From positions 690,001 through 722,000 of the forward strand of contig CP085695.1 of assembly GCA_029715105.1 (NCBI GenBank): a stretch of 32,000 nt of DNA, written 5' to 3'. How positions within the stretch are numbered: position 1 is the stretch's first letter; each line of letters opens with the position of its first letter. Of the stretch, positions 9,873-18,930 are shown in pieces. The position numbers and the translations under genes are program-made. The notes beneath the pieces were generated by a model. It saw only the letters and a program-made list of their open reading frames with translations, was not told the DNA's origin and made no database searches. The DNA comes from Candidatus Saccharimonadota bacterium (GTDB lineage Bacteria; Pseudomonadota; Alphaproteobacteria; Rickettsiales; Anaplasmataceae).

Positions 9873-10232
9873 TTAACGTCTAATAGCTCTTGGTACTACA
9901 AAATATCCATGCTCAGACTTCGCATTAAATAATATTTCCCTTTTAATATTTTGAGAATTTACAACATCATCGCGCGTATAAGTACTCTTATCTATATTAC
10001 CATAATACACAGGAAAAACACCCTCAGTATTAACTTGTGATAAAATATCATGTATCCAATTCAATATCGCTAATTCTTTAGAAAAAAACTCAATTTCGTC
10101 ATCCGATAATAACTTAATTTTCACAAGCTGTGCAATTTTAAGCATTTCTCTCCTAGAGATTGTTACTTTTCTTTTTTTTGCAAATTCTACTAGAGATATA
10201 ATAACGTCCTCTATTGACTTATTAGCTGACAC
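9873..10232 (-). CDS. gatC: Asp/Glu-tRNA amidotransferase subunit C
   Basis: The core LKIAQLVKIKLLSDDEIEFFSKEL...VNTEGV...HGYFVVPRAI matches the GatC layout. The track start is GTG at 10232, overlapping prs by 11 nt. An alternative ATG at 10145 is preceded by AGGAGA. Confidence 0.75.
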   Translation of the reverse strand: MSANKSIEDVIISLVEFAKKRKVTISRREMLKIAQLVKIKLLSDDEIEFFSKELAILNWIHDILSQVNTEGVFPVYYGNIDKSTYTRDDVVNSQNIKREILFNAKSEHGYFVVPRAIRR

Positions 10233-11145
10233 TAATACCCCCCTTAATAAAACGAACTAAAATATCTACAACTGAAACGATCTTTATCTTACTATTTTTT
10301 TTTAATTTATAAAATATTGTATCTGTAATTACTAATTTTTCTAAAAAGGAAGAAGAGATTTTTTCAATAGCTTTTTCTGAAAGAACACCGTGCGTAATAC
10401 ATGAAATAACAGATTTTGCTCCATGATTTTTCAATACGAGAGCAGCATTACACAATGTACCACCAGAATCAACTATATCATCAATAATAACGCAATTTTT
10501 ATTTGTTACACTTCCTATTATATTTACCACTTGAGAAATACCTGCTTTTTCTCTATATTTATCCATTAAAATAATCTTATTGCTAAATTTATATTTTTTT
10601 TCTAAAATCTTTGCAAATGCACGAGCCCTACTTATAGCTCCGATATCTGGTGCGATTATTGCTAAATTTTCCATACATACAAAGTCAACAAATACTTCAA
10701 AACAGTTTAAATTAGTAATAGGTATATCAAAAAAACCCTCAATTTTATTCGAATGTAAATCAATAATTGCAATACTACTTACACCTGCAACTTGAATAAG
10801 ATTCGCAATTAATTTTGCGCTTAAAGCGGATTGAGTATTATCATCTTTAATAACCCTATCTTGTCTACTATATCCATAGTACGGTATAATTGCTGTTATT
10901 TTCTTAGCTCTTAACCTCTTTACCGCATCAATTATAAGCAAAAGCTCCATGAGATTATCATTCACAGGTGGAGAAATTGATTGTACTATATATACGTCTT
11001 CTTGATTATAAATATCATTTCCTACACGGATATCCATCTCGCCATCTGCAAATTTTGATACATAAACAAGAGAAGACTTAACGTTTAATTTAGAGGCTAC
11101 AGATTCCCCTAATTCTTTACTAGCACTACCTACTATTATTTTCAT
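10222..11145 (-). CDS. prs: ribose-phosphate pyrophosphokinase (PRPP synthetase)
   Basis: Typical length. PRPP-binding loop VIIDDIVDSGGTL. Motifs DLHS and YARQDR-like (GYSRQDR). Confidence 0.93.
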   Translation of the reverse strand: MKIIVGSASKELGESVASKLNVKSSLVYVSKFADGEMDIRVGNDIYNQEDVYIVQSISPPVNDNLMELLLIIDAVKRLRAKKITAIIPYYGYSRQDRVIKDDNTQSALSAKLIANLIQVAGVSSIAIIDLHSNKIEGFFDIPITNLNCFEVFVDFVCMENLAIIAPDIGAISRARAFAKILEKKYKFSNKIILMDKYREKAGISQVVNIIGSVTNKNCVIIDDIVDSGGTLCNAALVLKNHGAKSVISCITHGVLSEKAIEKISSSFLEKLVITDTIFYKLKKNSKIKIVSVVDILVRFIKGGISVS

Positions 11146-11597
11146 AATCTAAACACAACTAAAATTTCCAAAATTAAATAAATTCTAAAATAATTTAAAC
11201 CTTTTATTTTAAAAAACTTTTTATCAAAATTTTTCTAACTTAGAACAAAACTCAGTTATATTCTATTTTATCATTAATTAAAATAAAGCCCACCCGAAAT
11301 ATCACTATATCCAAAAACAAAATTTCAACATCTCATTTAATAAGCATTAACTTTACATTTAAGTATTACTAACAGTTTTAAAACTATTTAATAAAATTCT
11401 TTAAACTTATTAATAAGATCACCTATTAAAATTAAAACATTAACAATTTCTTTATATTATTTATTTTATATATTATTTTTACAAGTACACACTAATTTAG
11501 TGATATAAAATAATTCCTCATAAACAACTCAATAACTTATATAAAGTTATATAAACAGAAATATACAAGAAGCAACAAATAATAAACTTTTACATAA

Positions 11598-12188
11598 TTA
11601 GAATCTATTGATTCCACCTACAGAGAAGAGACTGCTATTTGCAACAACTACAGTACCAGAAATCTTATCATGTAAAGCCTGACAACGTTTATCAAAATTT
11701 GACAATATAAAACCTAAAAATAATGGCATAGCTGATAACATGAGAGCAAAAAATCTACTTATTGCCTGTTTTAAAGACATTTTTTTAAAAGTTTGTCCGT
11801 CTACAACTCTAAGACCAAACACTAATTTTCCAGGTGTAGCAGCAAATCTAACCCACATATATAAAATGTAGCTAAATAACACAAAGAACTGAAACATTTG
11901 ATTTAAAATTACCAACTTAAAGGATTTGCTTCGTATTTCACTCTCTATTTCAGAAAAAATCGCCTCATGATGTTCTAAAATTATTTCATTCAAATTTAAG
12001 AGCAAACTCATAATCATATTACAGAACTGTAAAACTATAATAATAATAATCAAATCAAGCAATATAGATATATAACGTCTAAATCCTGTCACATAGCATA
12101 TTCCACTTTTATCTATTTTTATCTTTTGAACATTGCTTGCCATAAAAAGCAAAACAGAAAATAAACGATAAAAAAACTTATACAACAT
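11598..12188 (-). CDS. RDD-family integral membrane protein
   Basis: Multi-TM ORF with the RDD-family-like motif ATPGKLVFGLRVVD. ATG at 12188 is preferred over the track's TTG at 12194. Confidence 0.6.
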   Translation of the reverse strand: MLYKFFYRLFSVLLFMASNVQKIKIDKSGICYVTGFRRYISILLDLIIIIIVLQFCNMIMSLLLNLNEIILEHHEAIFSEIESEIRSKSFKLVILNQMFQFFVLFSYILYMWVRFAATPGKLVFGLRVVDGQTFKKMSLKQAISRFFALMLSAMPLFLGFILSNFDKRCQALHDKISGTVVVANSSLFSVGGINRF

Positions 12189-12219
12189 ATACAATATAAA
12201 ATATTTTTACATTTAACTC

Positions 12220-12303
12220 TACCCCTGACCGGATTTGAACCAGCATGCTTTTAATAGCAACAGATTTTGAGTCTGCCGTGTCTTCCAATTCCACCACAGG
12301 GGT
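12220..12303 (-). tRNA. tRNA-Leu (anticodon CAA), type II with long variable arm
   Basis: The reverse complement folds as follows. Acceptor ACCCCTG/CAGGGGT. D-arm GTG...CAC. Anticodon stem GCAGA/TCTGT with loop CTCAAAA. Variable arm TGCT-attaaa-AGCA. T-arm GCTGG-TTCAAAT-CCGGT. Discriminator A. No encoded CCA. Confidence 0.9.
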
Positions 12304-12315
12304 ATTAGAACCTAA

Positions 12316-12344
12316 ATGCTATAAGTTGATAAAAAAATAGTCAA
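12316..12344 (-). promoter_or_regulatory. candidate promoter for tRNA-Leu
   Basis: The minus strand reads aaaaaaTTGACT-17 nt-TAGCAT-12 nt-tRNA 5' end. An A-tract (UP-like) lies upstream of the -35 element. Confidence 0.45.
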
Positions 12345-12424
12345 TTTTTTTGTTCTATATATCTTTTAAACAAAGATTAAATATCCTACACTAATCGATA
12401 AATTAATTACTTTTCAAAATCAAA

Positions 12425-13870
12425 ATGAATAAACCAATTAACTCCATTACTTCTATAAGTATAGATAAGGAAATATGTAAATTACCATATAACTTAGAAG
12501 CTGAGCAAATGCTTATCGGTGCAATGATTCGTGATAATAGAATTTGCGATGCAATTGAAAATATGATTACACCAGATAGTTTCTATGACCCATTACATCA
12601 AAATATTTTTACTCAAATAATAAAAATTAGAAAACATGGTGTCATTGCTAATGAATTAAATCTCAAAATGTTCTTTGAAAACGACAAAACATTTATTAAA
12701 TGCGGTGGTGTTAAATATCTTGCAAAACTTGCAGCAAAAGCAAGTATTGCACTTGATATCTACAACCTAATCAGAATAATTCATGACACCTACTTAAGAA
12801 GATGTTTAATCAAATTAGGACATGAAATAATTAATAATAGCTATAAATATGATATTGAAAACCCCGCACAGGCGCAAATCGAACAAATAATAACTAAATT
12901 ATTTAACTTATTAAGAAAACAAAACGAAAAAACATATATAGAGCTTGCTAGCTCAATTAAAAATGTAGTCAAAAAAATAAGTATGCTAAAAAATAATCCA
13001 GAAGCACTTGGAATTACAACAGGACTTCAAGATTTAAATCAAATTCTTGGTGGTCTACAAAAATCAGATTTATTGATTCTAGCTGCAAGACCTTCTATGG
13101 GCAAAACAGCATTAGCTCTAAATATTGCACTTAATGCCTGTAAATTCTTATATAAGAAAACAAATAAACATCACTACGTAGTGTTCTTTTCACTTGAAAT
13201 GTCAGCAGAACAATTAACTGCAAGATTAATTACTATAGATTCAAAAGTTAGTTATTATAAAGCATTAACTGGAAAAATTAGTAATTTTGAATTACACGCA
13301 TTTATTAGTGCAAGTACAGAATTATCTGAATTACCTTTTATTATAGACGATACTCCAGCGCTATCAATTAGCACTCTTCACACAAGAATACGTCTACTAT
13401 GCCAATTATATAATGTAGCAGTAGTATTTATCGATTATCTGCAATTAATTAAAGGAACAACAAAAAGAAGTAACGAAAATAGAGTACAAGAAATCACAGA
13501 AGTGACACAAGGTCTAAAAACAATTGCAAAAGAATTAAATATTCCAGTTGTTGCATTATCGCAACTTTCCCGTTCTGTAGAACAAAGAGATGAAAAAAAA
13601 CCACAACTTGCAGATTTAAGAGATTCAGGGAGTATAGAACAAGACGCAGATGTAGTAATGTTTTTATATAGAGAAGAATATTATGAATTAAGAAAACAAC
13701 CAAATGAAGGAAGCAATAAACATCGAGAATGGCAAGAAAAAATGGAAAAAATTAGAAATTTTGCAGAACTCATTATTGCAAAACAAAGAAATGGACCAAT
13801 CGGCAATATAAAACTATACTTTGACTCTAGTAGAGGAGCATTTAAAGACTATACAGAAGAACATATTTAA
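12425..13870 (+). CDS. dnaB: replicative DNA helicase DnaB
   Basis: N-terminal LPYNLEAEQMLIGAMI. Walker A ARPSMGKTALALN. Walker B VVFIDYLQLI. SQLSR and RDSGSIEQDADVV motifs. No intein-sized insertion. Confidence 0.95.
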   Translation: MNKPINSITSISIDKEICKLPYNLEAEQMLIGAMIRDNRICDAIENMITPDSFYDPLHQNIFTQIIKIRKHGVIANELNLKMFFENDKTFIKCGGVKYLAKLAAKASIALDIYNLIRIIHDTYLRRCLIKLGHEIINNSYKYDIENPAQAQIEQIITKLFNLLRKQNEKTYIELASSIKNVVKKISMLKNNPEALGITTGLQDLNQILGGLQKSDLLILAARPSMGKTALALNIALNACKFLYKKTNKHHYVVFFSLEMSAEQLTARLITIDSKVSYYKALTGKISNFELHAFISASTELSELPFIIDDTPALSISTLHTRIRLLCQLYNVAVVFIDYLQLIKGTTKRSNENRVQEITEVTQGLKTIAKELNIPVVALSQLSRSVEQRDEKKPQLADLRDSGSIEQDADVVMFLYREEYYELRKQPNEGSNKHREWQEKMEKIRNFAELIIAKQRNGPIGNIKLYFDSSRGAFKDYTEEHI

Positions 13871-14685
13871 TTAACAAATATTATAAATTGTTTTACATAA
13901 AAAATACTTTTTTATATATATAACAATAAAGAGATTACACTCTCTTCTTTCTCATTAAATTATTTAAATAAAAACTATAAAATAAATATCACAAAATTAT
14001 TCAATAGCTTTATATGATTATTAATATTAAAATTTATAAAAGAAACACACCTTTAAAAATATTAAATTATTTTGTTTATTACTAACAATATACATTGTTA
14101 CTTCGTTTACGAAAATAAACTATCTAAAACTGATCCTAATCTCTTGCGTTAAAACAGTAAAAAGATAAAATGCTACGGGGACCTCCTAACTTTAATTCTA
14201 CTCCATTATATAGTTATTACTAAAATATTTAAGGTAGAAAATAAGTAAGATATAAATTATACAGTATTTATACCGCATATAAGTCAGAAACCATAGATAA
14301 TGATCTTTACTTCCTAACAAAAACTTAAACTTTCAACCTTAAGATCTTCTTGTTAAGAAAATTTTATATAAAATACTAAAAACTCTTGTATAGATTAGGA
14401 ATCTTATCTAAATAAGTTTTCTATGAATAAAATAGAAACTAATTAAAATAACATTCATAAATGAAGTTAATAAAGTAAAATATCAAAACTAACCCAATTA
14501 AAAATTTTGATCAAAAACCAATAAAAATTACTTATATAATTTACTCCTATTTTATATCTTTAAATTTATTCTTTTCGTATATAAACCAATTAACTACAAT
14601 TACTAATTAACAGTAATAAGGATTTTCAAATTTGCGAAGTGTCCTAATTTACTACAAAAATATCCCAACAACTCTTTCTCTAACA

Positions 14686-16224
14686 TCATTTAATCTTTAA
14701 AAAGATAGGAGTAGGTCTTGGTAGCTCAATACCTGAACTTATGCAAGCCTTATATAAAGACTTTAAATCACGTTCTTCTTTCGGAATTTTCAACTGATCT
14801 AATATTATTTCTGCTGACTTTGGAACGATTGGCTGCAATAAGATACCAATTATTCTAATATATTCAAGTAACTTATATATTACTAAATTTACACGCTTTT
14901 TTACATTAACTTTAATTAATATCCAAGGCGCGTTTTTATCTATATAAGCATTAGCTTCAGAAGAGATACTAATAATTAGAAGTATGATCCGATCATACTC
15001 ATACCTTAATAGATGATCTATCACCTTATTAAATAAAACTTTACAATTTGGAAGTTTTTCTTCGTTTTTTAACAAACTTTTATCAACTACTGGTATAATT
15101 CCAAAATACTGTTTATGCAAAAACGAAATTGTTCTTTGTATTAAATTTCCTATATTGTTCGCTAATTCTGAATTTATTCTATTAATCATATTTTTTCTAT
15201 TAAAACTAGCATCTTGACCAAATTTTACCTCTCGAAGAAGATAATATCGTAATTGATCAACACCAAACTCTTTCACTAAATTAATCGGATCTATGATATT
15301 ACCAAAAGACTTAGATATTTTCTTTCCATCATTCAGCCACCAACCATGAACCGCAATTTGCTTAGGCAACGGTAAATTTGCAGCTAGAAGAATGGCCGGC
15401 CAATATACTGCGTGAAAACGCAATATATCCTTGCCAATCACATGAATATTTAAGGAACTACTATTTGCCCAAAACTTTTTATATCCTTGACCTTCAACAT
15501 CTGGAAAACCTACTGATGTTAAATAATTAGTAAGTGCATCAATCCAAACATAGATTATATGTTTATTACTACCCGGTACTTTTATTCCCCAACTAAAACT
15601 ACTACGAGAAATTGAAAGATCAGTAAGTCCTGATTTTATAAACGATACTACTTCATTTTTTCTACTTTTAGGTAAAACAAAATTCGGCTGATTTTCATAT
15701 AATTCTAATAATTTATCCTGCCAATGCGACAAACGAAAAAAACAACTCTCTTCTCTTACCCACTGAACTTCACCACCAGCTGGAGTTTTACCATTTATCA
15801 ACTCAGATTCATGATAAAACGCTTCATCATAAACCGAATACCAACCAGAATAATAACCAAAATATACCTGCCCCATTTCTTCAAGTCTATTCCACAAAGC
15901 CACCACAGCTCTCTCATGACGTTTTTCAGTAGTACGTACAAAATCATCATATTGAAAATTCATAAACTTAGTTAAATTCTTAAATGAAACATTTATTTTA
16001 TCTACAAATTCTTTTGGTCGTACTCCATATGCTTCAGCCGCTTTCTCAATTTTTTGCCCATGTTCATCCGTACCAGTAGTAAACTTAACATCTTTTCCAG
16101 CAAGTCTCATAAATCTCGCCATCACATCACATAAAAGAGAAGTATACACATGACCAATATGTGGTCTATCGTTTACATAATATATAGGTGTAGTAATGTA
16201 AAAATTTTCAAATTGTTTCACCAT
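14686..16224 (-). CDS. metG: methionyl-tRNA synthetase (short form, no C-terminal tRNA-binding domain)
   Basis: Class I HIGH motif (PHIGHVYT) and KMSKS motif (KISKSFGN), with MetRS-like overall layout. Confidence 0.93.
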   Translation of the reverse strand: MVKQFENFYITTPIYYVNDRPHIGHVYTSLLCDVMARFMRLAGKDVKFTTGTDEHGQKIEKAAEAYGVRPKEFVDKINVSFKNLTKFMNFQYDDFVRTTEKRHERAVVALWNRLEEMGQVYFGYYSGWYSVYDEAFYHESELINGKTPAGGEVQWVREESCFFRLSHWQDKLLELYENQPNFVLPKSRKNEVVSFIKSGLTDLSISRSSFSWGIKVPGSNKHIIYVWIDALTNYLTSVGFPDVEGQGYKKFWANSSSLNIHVIGKDILRFHAVYWPAILLAANLPLPKQIAVHGWWLNDGKKISKSFGNIIDPINLVKEFGVDQLRYYLLREVKFGQDASFNRKNMINRINSELANNIGNLIQRTISFLHKQYFGIIPVVDKSLLKNEEKLPNCKVLFNKVIDHLLRYEYDRIILLIISISSEANAYIDKNAPWILIKVNVKKRVNLVIYKLLEYIRIIGILLQPIVPKSAEIILDQLKIPKEERDLKSLYKACISSGIELPRPTPIFLKIK

Positions 16225-16493
16225 TTAAAAACCTAATTTTATCCACATTTATCACAAAATTAATAATTTGTTGACTTTAACATTAGATGATTAAAATCAC
16301 ACCACCCTCTTTTTGTAAAAACTCAATACTACCATGTACCATCGTAAATCATTACACATTTACTAACAAAACTATAATTAACCACAACCCACCCAATCAC
16401 AAATTTAATATTAAAAGCATATCCCTATAAAGGAAAACATAAAAATTTTTTTACACTTAACTTATTTTATATTTCTTCCTTGATTTTTAAATC

Positions 16494-16511
16494 ACTCTAA
16501 TTGATTAGAGT
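16494..16511. repeat. 18-bp near-perfect palindrome ACTCTAAT-tg-ATTAGAGT
   Basis: 8 of 9 symmetric pairs. It shares the core CTCTAA-N4-TTAGAG with the 24-bp palindrome at 18117-18140, on the other side of the AI-2E transporter gene. Confidence 0.5.
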
Positions 16512-16582
16512 ACTACTAATAAATATAGAAATAGAATAAGAAATATAATAAAATTACATAAAATTAATATTTTGATAAGTTA

Positions 16583-16617
16583 TATATAATATATGTAAAA
16601 ATTACATATATAATATA
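16583..16617. repeat. long AT-rich inverted repeat / hairpin (16-nt arms, 3-nt loop, one mismatch)
   Basis: Arms 16583-16598 and 16602-16617 pair at 15 of 16 positions (10 contiguous pairs next to the loop aaa). It lies in the middle of the divergent metG / AI-2E spacer. Confidence 0.6.
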
Positions 16618-16912
16618 ATAAATTATACAAAAATTGTTTTATCCTAACAAAAATAAATATTGATTTTATCTCCACCCACGCTCCAAACCACTTCAACAAA
16701 TAAAATCCACTAATGATTCACTAGTGAATAAGATAAGATTATCAATGATTATTGATAATTTCTATATTTTCCACTCAAGCCAAATTTATTCTTTAGATAT
16801 AAAACTCTTTATTTTTTATAACCCTTCTTATTCTAAAATATTTACTTTAACAAGAAAAACAAAATGAACTAATATTTATATTTTCATCTAATAAATTAAA
16901 TTTATCTAAAAT

Positions 16913-17983
16913 ATGCAAAAACACTATGTAGGTATTTGTTTCATGCTACTTTTTACAACTGGCACATTATTTCTAATGCGCCCTATGATTTTTCCATGTT
17001 TGATATCTATCATTGTTGCATACTTATGCAACCCACTAGTAGTAAAATTTGAAAAATATAAAATACCACGCTTATATTCTGCAATTTTTATTACAATAAT
17101 TTTACTAATAATTCTTATATTAATCTTTGCATTTATATTGCCTATCATATACGTCCAAATATCTTCAATATTAAACTTCCTAATTAGTAGAGTCCCTTCG
17201 CTAAATCTAGTGAATATTACATCTAAACTAAAATTTCTTGACATAACAAAAGATTGTTTATTTGATTATTTATACGAAATAAAAACAAAAAATTATGAAA
17301 ATAATATATCTTATTTTATAAGCATCTTTGATATCATAGGTAATTTCTTAATTCAAGTATTAAACTCAAGCTTTAATTTAATTCATACATTATCACTAAT
17401 AGCTATTACTCCTGCAGTATTCTTTTATATATTACGTGATTGGCCTTTTATTGTAATAAGAGTTAATAAATTGATTCCTATTCCCTACAGAGAGGAAGTT
17501 GTAAAATTTTTTTTAAAAATAGATTTCATTGTATCTAACTATCTAAAAGGACAAATAAACATATGCATTTTTATGATGATTTTTTATTCCATAGGTCTTG
17601 ATTTAATAGGACTAAAACATTCTATTACCATCGGAATCTTATCGGGAGCACTAACATTTATACCTTGTATAGGACCATTGTTATATACAATAATTGGTGT
17701 TCTAAGCGTTATTGCTCAATTTAACAGATGGTCTGAAAGTGTCGCTGTCTTAACGTTATTTGGTATTGAACAAATAATAGACACAAATCTGCTTGTTCCT
17801 TTATTAATAGGAAAAAAAATCCATATGCATCCAACTATAATTATTCTTGGAATTACTATATGTACATCATACTTTGGAATTATTGGTATATTACTTTTTA
17901 TTCCAACAATAGCAGTATTCTATGCTTCAACTAGATGTATAATCTATAAATACCTCAAAAGCAAATTTTATAAAAACGGTTAA
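16913..17983 (+). CDS. AI-2E family (PerM/YhhT-like) transporter
   Basis: 356-aa polytopic membrane protein. The conserved C-terminal region (GALTFIPCIGPLL ... LLVPLLIGKK) is typical of the AI-2E/UPF0118 family. Confidence 0.75.
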   Translation: MQKHYVGICFMLLFTTGTLFLMRPMIFPCLISIIVAYLCNPLVVKFEKYKIPRLYSAIFITIILLIILILIFAFILPIIYVQISSILNFLISRVPSLNLVNITSKLKFLDITKDCLFDYLYEIKTKNYENNISYFISIFDIIGNFLIQVLNSSFNLIHTLSLIAITPAVFFYILRDWPFIVIRVNKLIPIPYREEVVKFFLKIDFIVSNYLKGQINICIFMMIFYSIGLDLIGLKHSITIGILSGALTFIPCIGPLLYTIIGVLSVIAQFNRWSESVAVLTLFGIEQIIDTNLLVPLLIGKKIHMHPTIIILGITICTSYFGIIGILLFIPTIAVFYASTRCIIYKYLKSKFYKNG

Positions 17984-18116
17984 ATTTTTACTTATAATAA
18001 AAAACATATATATGCAAATATATACACAGAAATAATAAAAGAAACCTACTCACTAAAAAAAGTTAGTGTAATAAAGGTAAATAATCATCTATTGTAAAAA
18101 TAAATAACCAATTGAA

Positions 18117-18140
18117 ATCTCTCTAAAATTTTAGAGAGAT
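18117..18140. repeat. 24-bp perfect palindrome ATCTCTCTAAAATTTTAGAGAGAT
   Basis: 12 of 12 symmetric pairs verified base by base. It lies 134 nt downstream of the AI-2E transporter stop. No U-tract follows on either strand. Confidence 0.85.
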
Positions 18141-18769
18141 AAAAGAAACAAATACACAAGTAAAAACTTTGCATCATTTTTACATATCTTTCTTCTTATA
18201 TTAAGAATGGCATCCCATCCATTGAAAATGTTTTACCCTTATTAAAATAAAAATAAACCAAATAAAGGTTTTCAATTTATACATAATTATTTTATACAAT
18301 ATATTTCAATAATTAAATTTATATAAAACTTCACCAATTTAAACCATAATCTAATTATATGATAAAAATAAAACTAAAATTTAAAAAAACAAAACGAAAA
18401 TTTATTGTACTCGCCATATTGATAAATAGTTTATTTATCTTATCTCTTTTATTAGATAAAAATCATATTCCCAGCAAAATTATAATTAAACAAATAGATA
18501 TAGAACTAAAGAATAAATTCTAAAATTTCTATAAATAGAACAAATTAAAAAGTACTTTTATCAAAAAGCCTCTATAAGTCCCATTTAAGATATAGAAAAC
18601 CACTATTTTTTTTTGAAAACAACTCTCATATTTATAAATAAAACTAAGCTACATATTCCTTCCTATATATAAAATAGGAAAACAAAAACATTTTACTCAC
18701 TAATAAATAAAACTTATCAACTTAATATTTCTATTCTTTGCTAAGATCCTTTAAAATGTTTAAATAAAG

Positions 18770-18779
18770 CCCCCCCCCC
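18770..18779. repeat. C10 homopolymer tract (G10 on the minus strand)
   Basis: The sequence reads taaataaagCCCCCCCCCCttactctc, 151 nt upstream of the plsC ATG. Chance expectation in this composition is about 2e-4 per window (hand estimate). Confidence 0.95.
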
Positions 18780-18930
18780 TTACTCTCATTACCATACAAC
18801 ATAAAACAAATATATTTCAACAAAATTACTCTCTATAAAATTTCGGTTGACTTATATCATTACATTCTAACAATAATATACAGACTTATCCTTGATAAGG
18901 GTATTTTAAAATTTAAAAATATCTAAAGTC

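Noticed and set aside
14170-14223. Locally GC-richer patch in the dnaB / metG spacer with a 17-codon ORF (MLRGPPNFNSTPLYSYY) and a GGAGG on the minus strand (14182-14186)
   Set aside because: The ORF is too short and unrecognisable. No start codon follows the GGAGG at a workable distance. It may be a gene remnant, but nothing can be supported.
16525-16545. ATAGAA-like hexamer iterated about 3 times; a possible tandem repeat or CRISPR-like periodicity
   Set aside because: Only about 3 imperfect units of low-complexity sequence. There is no spacer/repeat architecture and no cas genes. Nowhere in the window did I find a tandem repeat of meaningful length.
16225-16912. Possible chromosomal replication origin (perfect DnaA box TTATCCACA, AT-rich hairpins, dnaB nearby)
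   Set aside because: The spacer C>G asymmetry has the same sign on both sides of the region, so there is no skew switch. One perfect 9-mer is expected about 0.4 times per window by chance. Origins described in Anaplasmataceae are flanked by other genes. I kept it only as a low-interest regulatory observation.
18822-18838. Shared words between spacers: AAAATTACTCTCT (3334-3346 / 18822-18834), TACTCTCTATAA (18827-18838 / 23355-23366), CACTCTCTCA (about 5227 / about 7373), TGATCCTAAT (about 7617 / about 14132)
   Set aside because: In this composition I estimate hundreds of chance 11-13-mer repeats per window, with several containing 3-4 C. There is no extended flanking similarity, so there is no evidence for a dispersed repeat element. 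(CT)n-rich words follow from the C/T-rich strand bias.
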